Below, one piece after another: positions 42,401 to 51,650 of a stretch of 64,000 nt of DNA. The stretch covers positions 67,615 through 131,614 of the IMG/VR virus record IMGVR_UViG_3300020391_000004. The stretch is one strand, 5' to 3'. Origin of the DNA: a virus. Position 1 is the first letter of the stretch, and each line of letters opens with the position of its first letter. The notes beneath the pieces were generated by a model. The model ran no database searches and had not been told where the DNA came from. It saw nothing but the letters and a program-made list of their open reading frames with translations. A program made the translations under genes and the position numbers.

Positions 42401-43170
42401 TAAGTATGCCACCTATAATCATATACTGTTCCATCTAACCATCTAGTCACTATGCCTTGATCAGACAGTATATTGTTACTCATTACTATTTCTTTTAAAT
42501 TATCGTTAAGTAATCCTAAATCAGCAATTTCGTACCAGGAAGTCTTGTAGTCTAATATATCTCTTTCTTTATATGTTAGCACTTGTATTATATCACTATA
42601 CTTTTCTTTTTGTAAATAAAAATCATTTACGTCGAATCCATTTAATGCTAACAAATACAAAATTTGTGTAACTGTAAAAGTATTGTAATTTTGTGAAGGA
42701 GTATAATTTTGAAATCTATTATGGTACATACTTACTGTACTTGGTACACATAAATATAACATACTACCTATAGACATTGATTTATTAACACGCCCTAGGA
42801 ATTCTAAGGGACTATATATATGTTGCATTAGATTATGACACCAAACCACATCAAAAGGTACACTCCAAATTGTATCACTTGTATTAAAATCGTGGCTCTT
42901 ATACTGTATATTTTTGCGACTTGGCACATTGTTTTTCGTATGTAAATCAAAACCTACACAATTAAAATTTAGTTTTGGACCCGGAGTTCCGTCTTCTTCC
43001 CACGTATGCATATTAGCCCAAAACTCAAGGTCTTGTCCATTTCCACAACCAAAGTCAGCCATATGTTTTATACTTACTTTAAAGTCATCAAATTGATCTA
43101 GTAAATTTAATGCATTTAGACTATGTTGATGACTTAGTTTGTTATCCCAATTTGCTACTTGATTAGTCAA
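42400..43170 (-). CDS. class I SAM-dependent methyltransferase
   Basis: ADFGCGNG and FDVVWCH. Confidence 0.85.
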   Translation of the reverse strand: MTNQVANWDNKLSHQHSLNALNLLDQFDDFKVSIKHMADFGCGNGQDLEFWANMHTWEEDGTPGPKLNFNCVGFDLHTKNNVPSRKNIQYKSHDFNTSDTIWSVPFDVVWCHNLMQHIYSPLEFLGRVNKSMSIGSMLYLCVPSTVSMYHNRFQNYTPSQNYNTFTVTQILYLLALNGFDVNDFYLQKEKYSDIIQVLTYKERDILDYKTSWYEIADLGLLNDNLKEIVMSNNILSDQGIVTRWLDGTVYDYRWHT

Positions 43171-43624
43171 TTCGAATATCTTCCATACCAGCAGTACGTA
43201 ATCTTACTACGTGACCCATTTGCCATTGTTTAGTATCTAAGCCTTTCATTATGCCTAACCATCTATTCCTTAGTAGTGCAACTTCATTAATTATAGTTTC
43301 AAAGTCAATTACTTCGTCTTCTCCGTCCACATACTTTTCTGCGTCTCGGCTAGTCAATGCACGAGCATATCCTTCTAAATATTTTTGAAAATGCTTCCGC
43401 CTTATCTTACGTAATTGTATATTTAAAAAATTAAGCACTGCTTCTATTTCTTGTAACTGATTAAATCTATGTTCTGTAATACCAGGCAACGCAGTAATAT
43501 TTTTTTCTACGATCCCTTTAACATTGCATTCACGTTTTGCTTCTTCCAATTCGCTTTCATAGAAGTTTATAAAGCCTGGTATATCAGCAATATTATTTAC
43601 AACTCTATTGTACCACTGGCTCAA
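43163..43624 (-). CDS. uvsY: recombination mediator UvsY-like protein
   Basis: LPGITEHRFNQLQEIEAVL and KYLEGY.RALTSRDAEKYVDGE; next to recA. Confidence 0.8.
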   Translation of the reverse strand: MSQWYNRVVNNIADIPGFINFYESELEEAKRECNVKGIVEKNITALPGITEHRFNQLQEIEAVLNFLNIQLRKIRRKHFQKYLEGYARALTSRDAEKYVDGEDEVIDFETIINEVALLRNRWLGIMKGLDTKQWQMGHVVRLRTAGMEDIRID

Positions 43625-43851
43625 TACAAATCCTCTTCCTCGTAATCATCATATTCGTCTTCGTCAACTTCACCAACAATTTCGTCTACACTATTTTTCA
43701 TGTATTCATCTATACCACCAAGTTTAATAAGATCTTCTTCATCTAAAACCTCTTGTAAATCGTCTACAAGTTGATCAGTTGCATGTTGAAGTTCTTTTGC
43801 AGGGATATATTGTTTTAAAATTTCATATATAAGTTTAACTGATGCTTCCAT
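43621..43851 (-). CDS. acidic hypothetical protein
   Basis: 76-aa ORF coupled between recA and uvsY. Confidence 0.65.
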   Translation of the reverse strand: MEASVKLIYEILKQYIPAKELQHATDQLVDDLQEVLDEEDLIKLGGIDEYMKNSVDEIVGEVDEDEYDDYEEEDLY

Positions 43852-44947
43852 TTTCTTTCTCTACTTCTGAGTCTGCTTGTTTTATATTCTCATGGACATC
43901 TCCGTGTCCGTCAACTACTTCATCTATACTTAGTCCATCTTGTGCAGAAACGTCCTGCATAATTACTTCAAGTTTATCTCCTGTCCATGCTTTTCGGAAC
44001 TCTAGCATTTCTACACCTGTAGTTGTTGTATACTTCAAACGATTACCTTGTTTTGTAAGTAAGCCTTTTGCCTCAAACAGTTCAAGTAATCCGCTATACT
44101 TATTCATTCCTGTTTCGTAAGGAATCTTAACTTGTACACCTTCAAACGGCTTTGCATATCTAGTCTTCATTACTTTACATGCCGCTCTTATTCCGTTTAC
44201 AGTTGTTGTTTTATTTCCGTCTTCATCTTCTTTTAGTTTTAATTTTCTCATAGCAATAACAATACTACTTGCATATATAAAGCCTTGTCCACCACTAATT
44301 TTATCATCTGGATCAAACATATCCTGCGAAGCATATGTATGGTTTGTACATACCATACCTACGTTGTAACTACCAATCATGTTTACTGTGTTACGAACAA
44401 GTGCAGTAAGTGCCTTAGGCTTTCTACCCATATCACCTTTCATGTTACCTGCTTCAAATTGATCTACATCAGTTGGCGTTAATAACATACCTAAACTATC
44501 AATTACAAATAATACCTTAGGTCTTTCTTCTTCAGGCATTGCTTTATAGTCTTTCATAAATGTGCTGATAGTTTTCGCTACATCATCTATCATACTCATA
44601 CTAAGTTTAAGTAATTTGCTTTCGTCAGTATCTACACCAAGTGCTTGTAACCAACTTTCATCTAATGCATTTTCACTATCAATAAGCACAACAAAGATAC
44701 CTTGTTCTTGTGCATTCTTTACAATGTTTCCAGACGCAAAATAACTTTTGCCTGCACCAGATTCACCTGCAAACACTGTAACTTTACCCATAGGTACACC
44801 ACGGTGGAAATCACCACTTACTAGATAGTTTAGTGCATAACTTCCTGTACTAATCCAATCGGTTGGATCGTGAAATCCTATACTTAATCCATCTATACTT
44901 TTTGTTATGTCTTTTCTAAATTTACTTACGTCAAAGGGTTTGCCCAT
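43835..44947 (-). CDS. uvsX: RecA/UvsX recombinase
   Basis: Walker A GESGAGKS, IDSENALD, FVIDSLG and NHTY. Confidence 0.92.
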   Translation of the reverse strand: MGKPFDVSKFRKDITKSIDGLSIGFHDPTDWISTGSYALNYLVSGDFHRGVPMGKVTVFAGESGAGKSYFASGNIVKNAQEQGIFVVLIDSENALDESWLQALGVDTDESKLLKLSMSMIDDVAKTISTFMKDYKAMPEEERPKVLFVIDSLGMLLTPTDVDQFEAGNMKGDMGRKPKALTALVRNTVNMIGSYNVGMVCTNHTYASQDMFDPDDKISGGQGFIYASSIVIAMRKLKLKEDEDGNKTTTVNGIRAACKVMKTRYAKPFEGVQVKIPYETGMNKYSGLLELFEAKGLLTKQGNRLKYTTTTGVEMLEFRKAWTGDKLEVIMQDVSAQDGLSIDEVVDGHGDVHENIKQADSEVEKENGSIS

Positions 44948-44959
44948 ATTATACTCCTG

Positions 44960-44969
44960 TGTGCCTATT
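44960..44969 (-). promoter_or_regulatory. AATAGGCACA motif just 5' of the recA SD
   Basis: Identical 10-mer also at 46861, 46884 and 46984. Confidence 0.6.
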
Positions 44970-44974
44970 CTTTT

Positions 44975-45003
44975 ATTATACTACTATTTTTAATTCTTTG
45001 CAA
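44975..45003 (-). promoter_or_regulatory. sigma70-type promoter TTGCAA-N17-TATAAT for recA
   Basis: Read directly; preceded by GG as in the other promoters. Confidence 0.65.
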
Positions 45004-45767
45004 CCTGTTTTCATATTCCTATACAAGATGTCTTGTACTATTTCAATTTGTTGAGTAAAATTTCCAAATCCAATTGTGCTACCTATAACTGATAAATTGT
45101 TATTTTTACAATAGGATACATAATCATCAGGTGCAGATTGTTTATATGTTTTAGTTATACTCAAAATTAATTCACCGCTTAAAGTTGTAAAATCGTCTGT
45201 GTCAATATCATTAATATTCTCATCATAATGTTTCCATTTTTCATATGTTTGTCTGCCTAGATCATTAAATTTTATATTAACATTGTATCTATTGAAATCA
45301 GTTATTTTACTACCAAATATATTTTCGCATGACCATATATTCTTTGCGTCAAAATTTCTAATCTTAAACTTAAAATTTTCTATATTATGTAAGATTTGAT
45401 TAATATCACGAAATTTTTGACAAAGGACTGGATTTATCTTATGGAGAATTGTATTAATTTTTGCATGTTGCAATTGAAACTTGACCCAAACCATATGTAA
45501 TTTGTTTAACACGTCTTGATTATATAATCTAATATTTACAAATTCGGTGAAATGACTAAAGTTAAACTTGTCCACAAAGTATTCATTTATTTCTAACAAA
45601 CACTCTCCAAGATATTCTAAACTAGTCATTAAATTATCACAACTAATATTAAATTTATTTTTGCTAGACTTAGTGATAGATTCAAAATAATATTCTACTA
45701 AAGGTGGATTATGAGTATTAAGTTCAATCATATCACCGCTTTTAGTAAAAACTAAATTAAAGTTCAT
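44976..45767 (-). CDS. hypothetical protein
   Basis: 263-aa very AT-rich ORF inserted between ssb and recA. Confidence 0.6.
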   Translation of the reverse strand: MNFNLVFTKSGDMIELNTHNPPLVEYYFESITKSSKNKFNISCDNLMTSLEYLGECLLEINEYFVDKFNFSHFTEFVNIRLYNQDVLNKLHMVWVKFQLQHAKINTILHKINPVLCQKFRDINQILHNIENFKFKIRNFDAKNIWSCENIFGSKITDFNRYNVNIKFNDLGRQTYEKWKHYDENINDIDTDDFTTLSGELILSITKTYKQSAPDDYVSYCKNNNLSVIGSTIGFGNFTQQIEIVQDILYRNMKTGCKELKIVV

Positions 45768-45786
45768 TACATAGTCCTTTTAATAT

Positions 45787-45807
45787 AGGGGTGACATTGC
45801 CACCCCT
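45787..45807 (-). terminator. GC-rich hairpin after ssb (terminator-like)
   Basis: AGGGGUG/CACCCCU stem; poor U-tract. Confidence 0.45.
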
Positions 45808-45813
45808 TAATTA

Positions 45814-46845
45814 TTAAGATTGTCTATTACGGATCATTGCTAAAATGTCTTCTGCTCTTTTGCTTTCACCGCCCTCTGCTACTGGCGCTGGGGGAGCCGT
45901 TACTGTTTCAGTCTGCGGAGCAGGAATAGGTGTAGCACCCATCTCTGCTGGTGTTGCTACTGGAGCCGGAGCAGTTTCTATAATCGGTGCTGCCGGAGCA
46001 GGTGTTACAGTAGTAGGTGCTGTCGCAGTTGACGTACTAGAGGTTGAGGAACCAGCTGGAGCATCTATACCATATGGACGATAATACTGACCCCAACGTT
46101 CAACGTCATAGGCCTGTCCATTTACACTTGCTTCGAACATTTCTTTAATGCACTGCAATTCTACTTCTGTAGGTTTTTTAGGAAGATAGTCTGATAATGT
46201 ATTAAGACCATAGGTCTCAATGGCTGACATTTGCGACTCTGTTAGTGCTGTCTCTTTACGAGCCCATTTACTTGTACTATAATCTGCATACTGTCCTTTT
46301 GTAGTCTTAGTAATACGAAAGTCTAAACCAGCAGTATAGTCTGTTGGCATTTCTTGTATGTCTGGGTCCATAAGTGCATCTTTAATTAAGTTAAAGATAC
46401 TAGGTGAGATTACAAATCTTCTTATTGGGTTTTCAGGTGAGTCCTCTTGTAGAGGATTTTCGTTCACAAAACCTTGAAAGATGTAACTACGTTTCTTCCA
46501 ATATTTTCTACCCATTTCCTCGAGACTTGAATCTTTAAACCAACCACGTACTTCTGTTAATACAGGACAAGTTTCTCCAAACATTTCAACACATGGTACT
46601 TGTACTACCACAGGTTTACTATTTAAATCGTTCTTTACACCACTAAATGGTAAACGAATCATAAGCCTTTCAGCCCAAAAAAATGTGTTATTAGGATCGT
46701 TATCAGGTAAGAAACGAACTGCTGTCGTTGCTCCTTCAGGTATGTTCCAATGTGGGAAAATTGCGTTGTCGCCGCCGCCGGATCTCTCACTACGAGATTC
46801 TTGTGATTTTAGTTTTGCTCTAATTTCTGCCAAAGATGTTGCCAT
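45814..46845 (-). CDS. single-stranded DNA-binding protein (T4 gp32-like)
   Basis: VRFLPD, FFWAER, PCVEMFGETCPV, YWKKRSY and DYSTSKW. Confidence 0.9.
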   Translation of the reverse strand: MATSLAEIRAKLKSQESRSERSGGGDNAIFPHWNIPEGATTAVRFLPDNDPNNTFFWAERLMIRLPFSGVKNDLNSKPVVVQVPCVEMFGETCPVLTEVRGWFKDSSLEEMGRKYWKKRSYIFQGFVNENPLQEDSPENPIRRFVISPSIFNLIKDALMDPDIQEMPTDYTAGLDFRITKTTKGQYADYSTSKWARKETALTESQMSAIETYGLNTLSDYLPKKPTEVELQCIKEMFEASVNGQAYDVERWGQYYRPYGIDAPAGSSTSSTSTATAPTTVTPAPAAPIIETAPAPVATPAEMGATPIPAPQTETVTAPPAPVAEGGESKRAEDILAMIRNRQS

Positions 46846-46910
46846 TATTTTCTCCTTAAATGTGCCTATTGTTTAGCCTTGTATGTGCCTATTCACATAC
46901 TATATTACAT

Positions 46911-46939
46911 AGTATATGCTACTTTATTTATCAAGTCAA
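46911..46939 (-). promoter_or_regulatory. sigma70-type promoter TTGACT-N17-TATACT for ssb
   Basis: Read directly. Confidence 0.7.
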
Positions 46940-46940
46940 T

Positions 46941-46971
46941 AAAAAAAGGCATACAAAGTGATGCCTTTTTT
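46941..46971. terminator. bidirectional intrinsic terminator
   Basis: A7-GGCAT / ATGCC-T6 inverted repeat. Confidence 0.75.
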
Positions 46972-46988
46972 ATAAATTTTTTATGTGC

Positions 46989-49049
46989 CTATTTGCTTCG
47001 GTCGATGTCTTGTAGTTTACGCATCTGTCTTGCTACTATACTTCTCGGTGTTATTTGATAGCCTTGTTCGCCTTCATGTATGCCGTGGTTGCTCCTCGCC
47101 TTTGACCCTACGCCTGCCATTGCTTTCATTTTTGCAATGCTTTCCGCCACTTCATCTACTTCTTCTACTGATTCTTTTTTATCTTCTTTGTCATCTTCTT
47201 TATCATCAGAATCTTTGCCTTTTTTCTTATCTAAAAATGCCTGAAGTCCTGGATTAAGTTTACCTTCTTCTACTGCTTCTTGTTCAATACCTTCCGGAGT
47301 ATTATCATAATCTAGATCTAATTCCATTTGTCCCGGTCTGTTTGCATCTGCTATAGCAGACAAGTATTTGTCATATTCGACACCAAAAGTTCCTTTTACA
47401 GTATCTAAGTATTTCTGTATGACTGGTCTGGCATCTCCAGCTGGATCTTTATCACCGGCATCTCCTAAATCGTCATACAATGTATCATCACCAAATGCAA
47501 AAGCAATTGCGTTAATAGCATCTTCCCCGCCATCACCTAATGGTATAGGATTTTGCATCAACTTATTCATCTTGGCTACTTCTTCATCAGTAGTTGGTAA
47601 AGCCCATGTGCCTTCTGTAATCATATTGAGTCCTTGCTCGTATGCTTCAAATGTTACATCTTCTTTTTTCTCTTTACCATATAAATCTTTTTTAGCAGCT
47701 CTGTCAACTATATCTACTTTACCTTGTAAATACTTCTTAGTAATTTTTATTGCGGCTGCGTATTGTTTTTCATCATCATAGTTTATGCCACCTAGTACAT
47801 TACCCATTGCATCATCTACATGATTATTAGAAATATATTCTATAACATTAATCACCAAATTACGATTTTTGTTAGCAGTTGGCATATCACTATTTTTCAT
47901 TATGTTAAAATAATTTTTTAGTTCTTGTTCGTCTGTTTCATTTTTAAATACTTTTATATTTTCAGAACTATTTGCTAAAGATGCAACATCGTTCGCCCTA
48001 CCGGCCACTTCAGAATCTAGATCCTTTTCGCTACGTTTTTCTATATCCTGAGGATAATCATCTGGGTTGTAGTTATCCTTATCCATCTTTGCTTCCTTTT
48101 TTAAACTTAGTGCTCTGTGTACTGCTGGTAAACTATCTACCATACGATCATCAAATACTTGACGTGTAAGTTTTGTTTTTAAATCTTCAATATCATTTTC
48201 TTCTACTTCGATTACATCGGGTACCCAATTTTCAAAATATTTGTTGTAACCATTTGCACTACTAATTGCTTTAAGTGTATCTTTTAGTCCATAGTATCTA
48301 TCTGTAGCTGCTTCTATAACTTCTTTTGCGTCTTCACTAACGTAATTATTGGATTTTGCACTACGTACAAACTGTTTTAATTGTTGCATTTCTTGCATAA
48401 TTTCTACAATATGTGTACCACGCTCGTCACGTGTATAGCCTTCATTTGAGATATGTCTCGCCATTGCTCTTGCGCCAGGTAGATAATTATTTGCAAATTT
48501 AAAGCGTTCGCCTTGACTATTTTCAATGTAGATAGCACTTATGTTTCTGCTTCTTGCACCCATTTTTGTTTCATCTACTGTTTTGTTATGCTTAATAATG
48601 AGCTTTGCTTTTCCTTGTTCTAGGAAACTTTTTTGGCTAGTGCCATGTAGTCTGTTTTCCATAACTTCGTCCTGGTTACGTTGTGTTAAAAACTTGTAAT
48701 CTTTTTTATCAAGTCTCTCTTTTGTTACATTATGTGTTTCATAGTTTAACATATTTCTTGCACTAAATTTGCTTAGTTCTTTTAAAAATCCATACCAAGC
48801 ATCTGCAGTACTACTATCAGCATCTTCTACTATGCTATTAGGAAAATAAACTTGTAATTTTCCTTCTTCATTTAAACTAATAGTTACTGCACCAACTGGC
48901 AAATCTCTGTGCTTAAAATTAAATTCAAAAAATCTTGCTTGATTAGGATCTGTAGTAACATTGCCTTCACTGTCCCCTAATTTAATGTTAGCCACACGAC
49001 TACGTATCTTATCAAACAGTTCTTCTGATATGTTTTCTATACTTCGCAT
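46989..49049 (-). CDS. conserved late protein, probable virion or internal head protein
   Basis: 686 aa; late promoter; acidic C-terminus with EG-type sites. Confidence 0.6.
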   Translation of the reverse strand: MRSIENISEELFDKIRSRVANIKLGDSEGNVTTDPNQARFFEFNFKHRDLPVGAVTISLNEEGKLQVYFPNSIVEDADSSTADAWYGFLKELSKFSARNMLNYETHNVTKERLDKKDYKFLTQRNQDEVMENRLHGTSQKSFLEQGKAKLIIKHNKTVDETKMGARSRNISAIYIENSQGERFKFANNYLPGARAMARHISNEGYTRDERGTHIVEIMQEMQQLKQFVRSAKSNNYVSEDAKEVIEAATDRYYGLKDTLKAISSANGYNKYFENWVPDVIEVEENDIEDLKTKLTRQVFDDRMVDSLPAVHRALSLKKEAKMDKDNYNPDDYPQDIEKRSEKDLDSEVAGRANDVASLANSSENIKVFKNETDEQELKNYFNIMKNSDMPTANKNRNLVINVIEYISNNHVDDAMGNVLGGINYDDEKQYAAAIKITKKYLQGKVDIVDRAAKKDLYGKEKKEDVTFEAYEQGLNMITEGTWALPTTDEEVAKMNKLMQNPIPLGDGGEDAINAIAFAFGDDTLYDDLGDAGDKDPAGDARPVIQKYLDTVKGTFGVEYDKYLSAIADANRPGQMELDLDYDNTPEGIEQEAVEEGKLNPGLQAFLDKKKGKDSDDKEDDKEDKKESVEEVDEVAESIAKMKAMAGVGSKARSNHGIHEGEQGYQITPRSIVARQMRKLQDIDRSK

Positions 49050-49054
49050 ACACG

Positions 49055-49061
49055 TATTTAT
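49055..49061 (-). promoter_or_regulatory. late promoter ATAAATA, 5 nt before ATG
   Basis: Read directly. Confidence 0.7.
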
Positions 49062-49062
49062 C

Positions 49063-50628
49063 CTATATCATAATAAATGGCATAGGCTCTTGGTCAAAGT
49101 CGTCTCCGTCTCGTATATGATTTTCAAGTTCTGGATGATAGTTTTTTAGTGTTTGAGCCATACGCATTACAAGTAAAGTACTCATTACCAAGTCATCTGT
49201 GTCGCCTGCTTTAGCTTTAAAACTATTACCGGCTGCTATGAAACTTTTCATTTCACTTAGTAACATTTTACTGTTTACTTTGACTTTATCTGTTTCTACA
49301 AGTGTTTTAAACTTACTACATATACTAATTTTACTACGGTGTGTTGTGTTAAATCCTCTACGATACATTCGACTGTTACCATGGATTTTTGGCTCGCTTA
49401 AAAAGATACCTGGAATATTTTCTTCCCCTATCTCTGCCACACTTTGTAAAGCGGCTTCTCCTATTGTGTTATTTTCCATACTATAGTATATGTTCATAGT
49501 ATCTACACCTTCGTCCAACAAATATTTGTTAATATCTACCATTATACGTATTTGTTGTGGAATAGGTGTTTTATTGTGGCTCCATTCTCCTACCTGCTCC
49601 ATACTAGGTATTTCAAATATTTCTATTGCCGCAGGATCTCCTCCGGTGCCTAAGCTAGGATCTAGCCCTACAAGATAAGTCATTTTTGGATTTATTTTTT
49701 TATACCAACGTACTGTACCATGTCTATATAATGGTTCCATACCTCGTAAATTTGTTAATGCTAAACTGTCAATTAGTGTTTCATCGTAAATAATAAATTC
49801 ACATTCATGTTCACGTCTAAAACGTTCTTCGCCAATCCGTTGTAATTCTTCTGCTTTCCATTCCTCATCTCTATCTGGATGTTCCCACCAATAACTTTGA
49901 AAATGTTTAAATCCATTTACACCTAAATCTTGCTCAACACCATTTTGATCATATGTCTTATTTGCATCTCTCCATATAGTTGCAAACTGATCCTCATCAC
50001 TGTTAGGTGTACTTGTAATAATTGCAGATCCACCTGTTGCTAGTGTAGGTGATATACTTGTCCAAAATTCCTTAGCAATGCTAGGTCTAACAAATGCAAA
50101 CTCATCACAGTATAGTAATGTAATAGACATACCTCTTCCTGTATTGTCTGTGGTTGCTTGTGCTATAATTCTACTACCATTATCAAAGTCTATACTCCCT
50201 TTATTATAACTAGTAACACCGGCACGTATATGATCCGGACAAAGTTCATAAGCATAGCGTATACGTTGCATAATTTCCTGAGCTCCAGCGTATTTGTGTG
50301 CCGCAATTAGTATTACACTATCTGGTACAAACATTGCATACCATAATAAGTAACCTGCAGCAGTTGTACTTTTACCTGTCTGCCTTGGCAACATGTTTAT
50401 GTTGAATCTGTAATTATGATATATATCTAATAATTTATGTTGATACTCATATGCTTTATATTGCATACGTCCTTGAGTCGGATGTTGAATAGCAAAATGA
50501 TTATTCAAAAAATAGAATACACCAGTCTTAGGATGAGCACATTTTGCAAATTCAGCTAATTGTTCTTTTGAAAACTTTTCTTTTTTGTATGCTTTTTTTG
50601 TTAAATTTTGATCTAGTGGTTTAACCAT
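49063..50628 (-). CDS. terL: terminase large subunit (T4 gp17-like)
   Basis: PRQTGKST, LLYCDEFAFV, STPN, GLDPSLGTGGD and DDLVM. Confidence 0.95.
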   Translation of the reverse strand: MVKPLDQNLTKKAYKKEKFSKEQLAEFAKCAHPKTGVFYFLNNHFAIQHPTQGRMQYKAYEYQHKLLDIYHNYRFNINMLPRQTGKSTTAAGYLLWYAMFVPDSVILIAAHKYAGAQEIMQRIRYAYELCPDHIRAGVTSYNKGSIDFDNGSRIIAQATTDNTGRGMSITLLYCDEFAFVRPSIAKEFWTSISPTLATGGSAIITSTPNSDEDQFATIWRDANKTYDQNGVEQDLGVNGFKHFQSYWWEHPDRDEEWKAEELQRIGEERFRREHECEFIIYDETLIDSLALTNLRGMEPLYRHGTVRWYKKINPKMTYLVGLDPSLGTGGDPAAIEIFEIPSMEQVGEWSHNKTPIPQQIRIMVDINKYLLDEGVDTMNIYYSMENNTIGEAALQSVAEIGEENIPGIFLSEPKIHGNSRMYRRGFNTTHRSKISICSKFKTLVETDKVKVNSKMLLSEMKSFIAAGNSFKAKAGDTDDLVMSTLLVMRMAQTLKNYHPELENHIRDGDDFDQEPMPFIMI

Positions 50629-51038
50629 GTAACATCCTTAAAATATAGTTTTGCAGGTCTAGTACTTATACGTATTACTTTTACTACTGTCTCAAAATTA
50701 TTTGAAATATCTTCAAACATAGTCATACGTAATTGCCTACTTGCATTATCATAACTACTTTTTCCTATGGTAGTAAGATAGTTTTTATCACCATATTTAG
50801 GAAATACTCCTCTTACAAATAAACAAACATCTGCTAAATCTTTAGGTGGCATTGTTCCTTTTATGTATGCTTCAGTAAAAGTAGGACTGGGTAAAAAGTC
50901 CGGATCGTCTATAAACGAGCCGAGGAGAATAGCTACATATGCTTCTATATCTTCAGGCAATGTAAAGCCTTCTTGTCGACTAGTTTCGATTAAACATTCA
51001 CGAAAAACCGTTACATACTCGTCCCTTATAAATCTCAT
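50613..51038 (-). CDS. conserved hypothetical protein
   Basis: DLADVCLFVRGVFP...IGKSSY helical family pattern. Confidence 0.6.
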   Translation of the reverse strand: MRFIRDEYVTVFRECLIETSRQEGFTLPEDIEAYVAILLGSFIDDPDFLPSPTFTEAYIKGTMPPKDLADVCLFVRGVFPKYGDKNYLTTIGKSSYDNASRQLRMTMFEDISNNFETVVKVIRISTRPAKLYFKDVTWLNH

Positions 51039-51043
51039 ATAAA

Positions 51044-51050
51044 TATTTAT
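51044..51050 (-). promoter_or_regulatory. late promoter ATAAATA, 5 nt before ATG
   Basis: Read directly. Confidence 0.7.
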
Positions 51051-51074
51051 GTCTCAATTAAAGTAGTATGTAAT

Positions 51075-51650
51075 ATGAAACTTTTTCAATATGGTTGTAG
51101 TGTAAGTTTAGGCGAAGAAGCTGATATTTGTTATGGACAACTAATAGCAGAACAGTTTAATTTTGAGTTTATACAACTTAGTGAAAGTAGTGCAAGTAAT
51201 CCTCATATTGCTTTAAAATTTTGTGAAACATATAAAGATATCACGCCAAAGGATTTTATTATTTTCGGATGGAGTCACCCAAACAGACAAAGTTGGTTCA
51301 ACAATAGAACACAACAATGGGAGCATATGAATTATATACAAGGGAAAAAACCTGGTAGTGCATTGCTAGATAGTTGTAGAGATTATCTAGTCAATCAACA
51401 TGAACGTGATGGATATGTTGAAAAACTACACACATGGTATCCAAGACACATAGTTGAAATGACTTGTAAAGTAAATAGTTTAAGATATATCCACGTTGAT
51501 TGTGTGCCAGGTATGTGTGAGAAATTAGGTGCTACAGGAACTAATGAAAACGCTAAGTCAAAATATATAGCGGATCACTTACATCCTAATAATGACGGAC
51601 ACCGCTATATTCATAAATTATTACAGGAAGAACTTAGTCTTTATTTGTAA
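51075..51650 (+). CDS. SGNH/GDSL-hydrolase-like protein
   Basis: GCSVSLG, SASNPHI and HLHPNNDGH. Confidence 0.7.
   Translation: MKLFQYGCSVSLGEEADICYGQLIAEQFNFEFIQLSESSASNPHIALKFCETYKDITPKDFIIFGWSHPNRQSWFNNRTQQWEHMNYIQGKKPGSALLDSCRDYLVNQHERDGYVEKLHTWYPRHIVEMTCKVNSLRYIHVDCVPGMCEKLGATGTNENAKSKYIADHLHPNNDGHRYIHKLLQEELSLYL

Larger units (their letters stand above)
46861..46993 (-). repeat. three AATAGGCACA copies upstream of ssb
   Basis: 46861-70, 46884-93 (inside a 7-bp hairpin) and 46984-93. Confidence 0.8.

Noticed and set aside
43835-50628. Inteins or group I introns in recA and terL
   Set aside because: Both ORFs are of normal length with contiguous motifs
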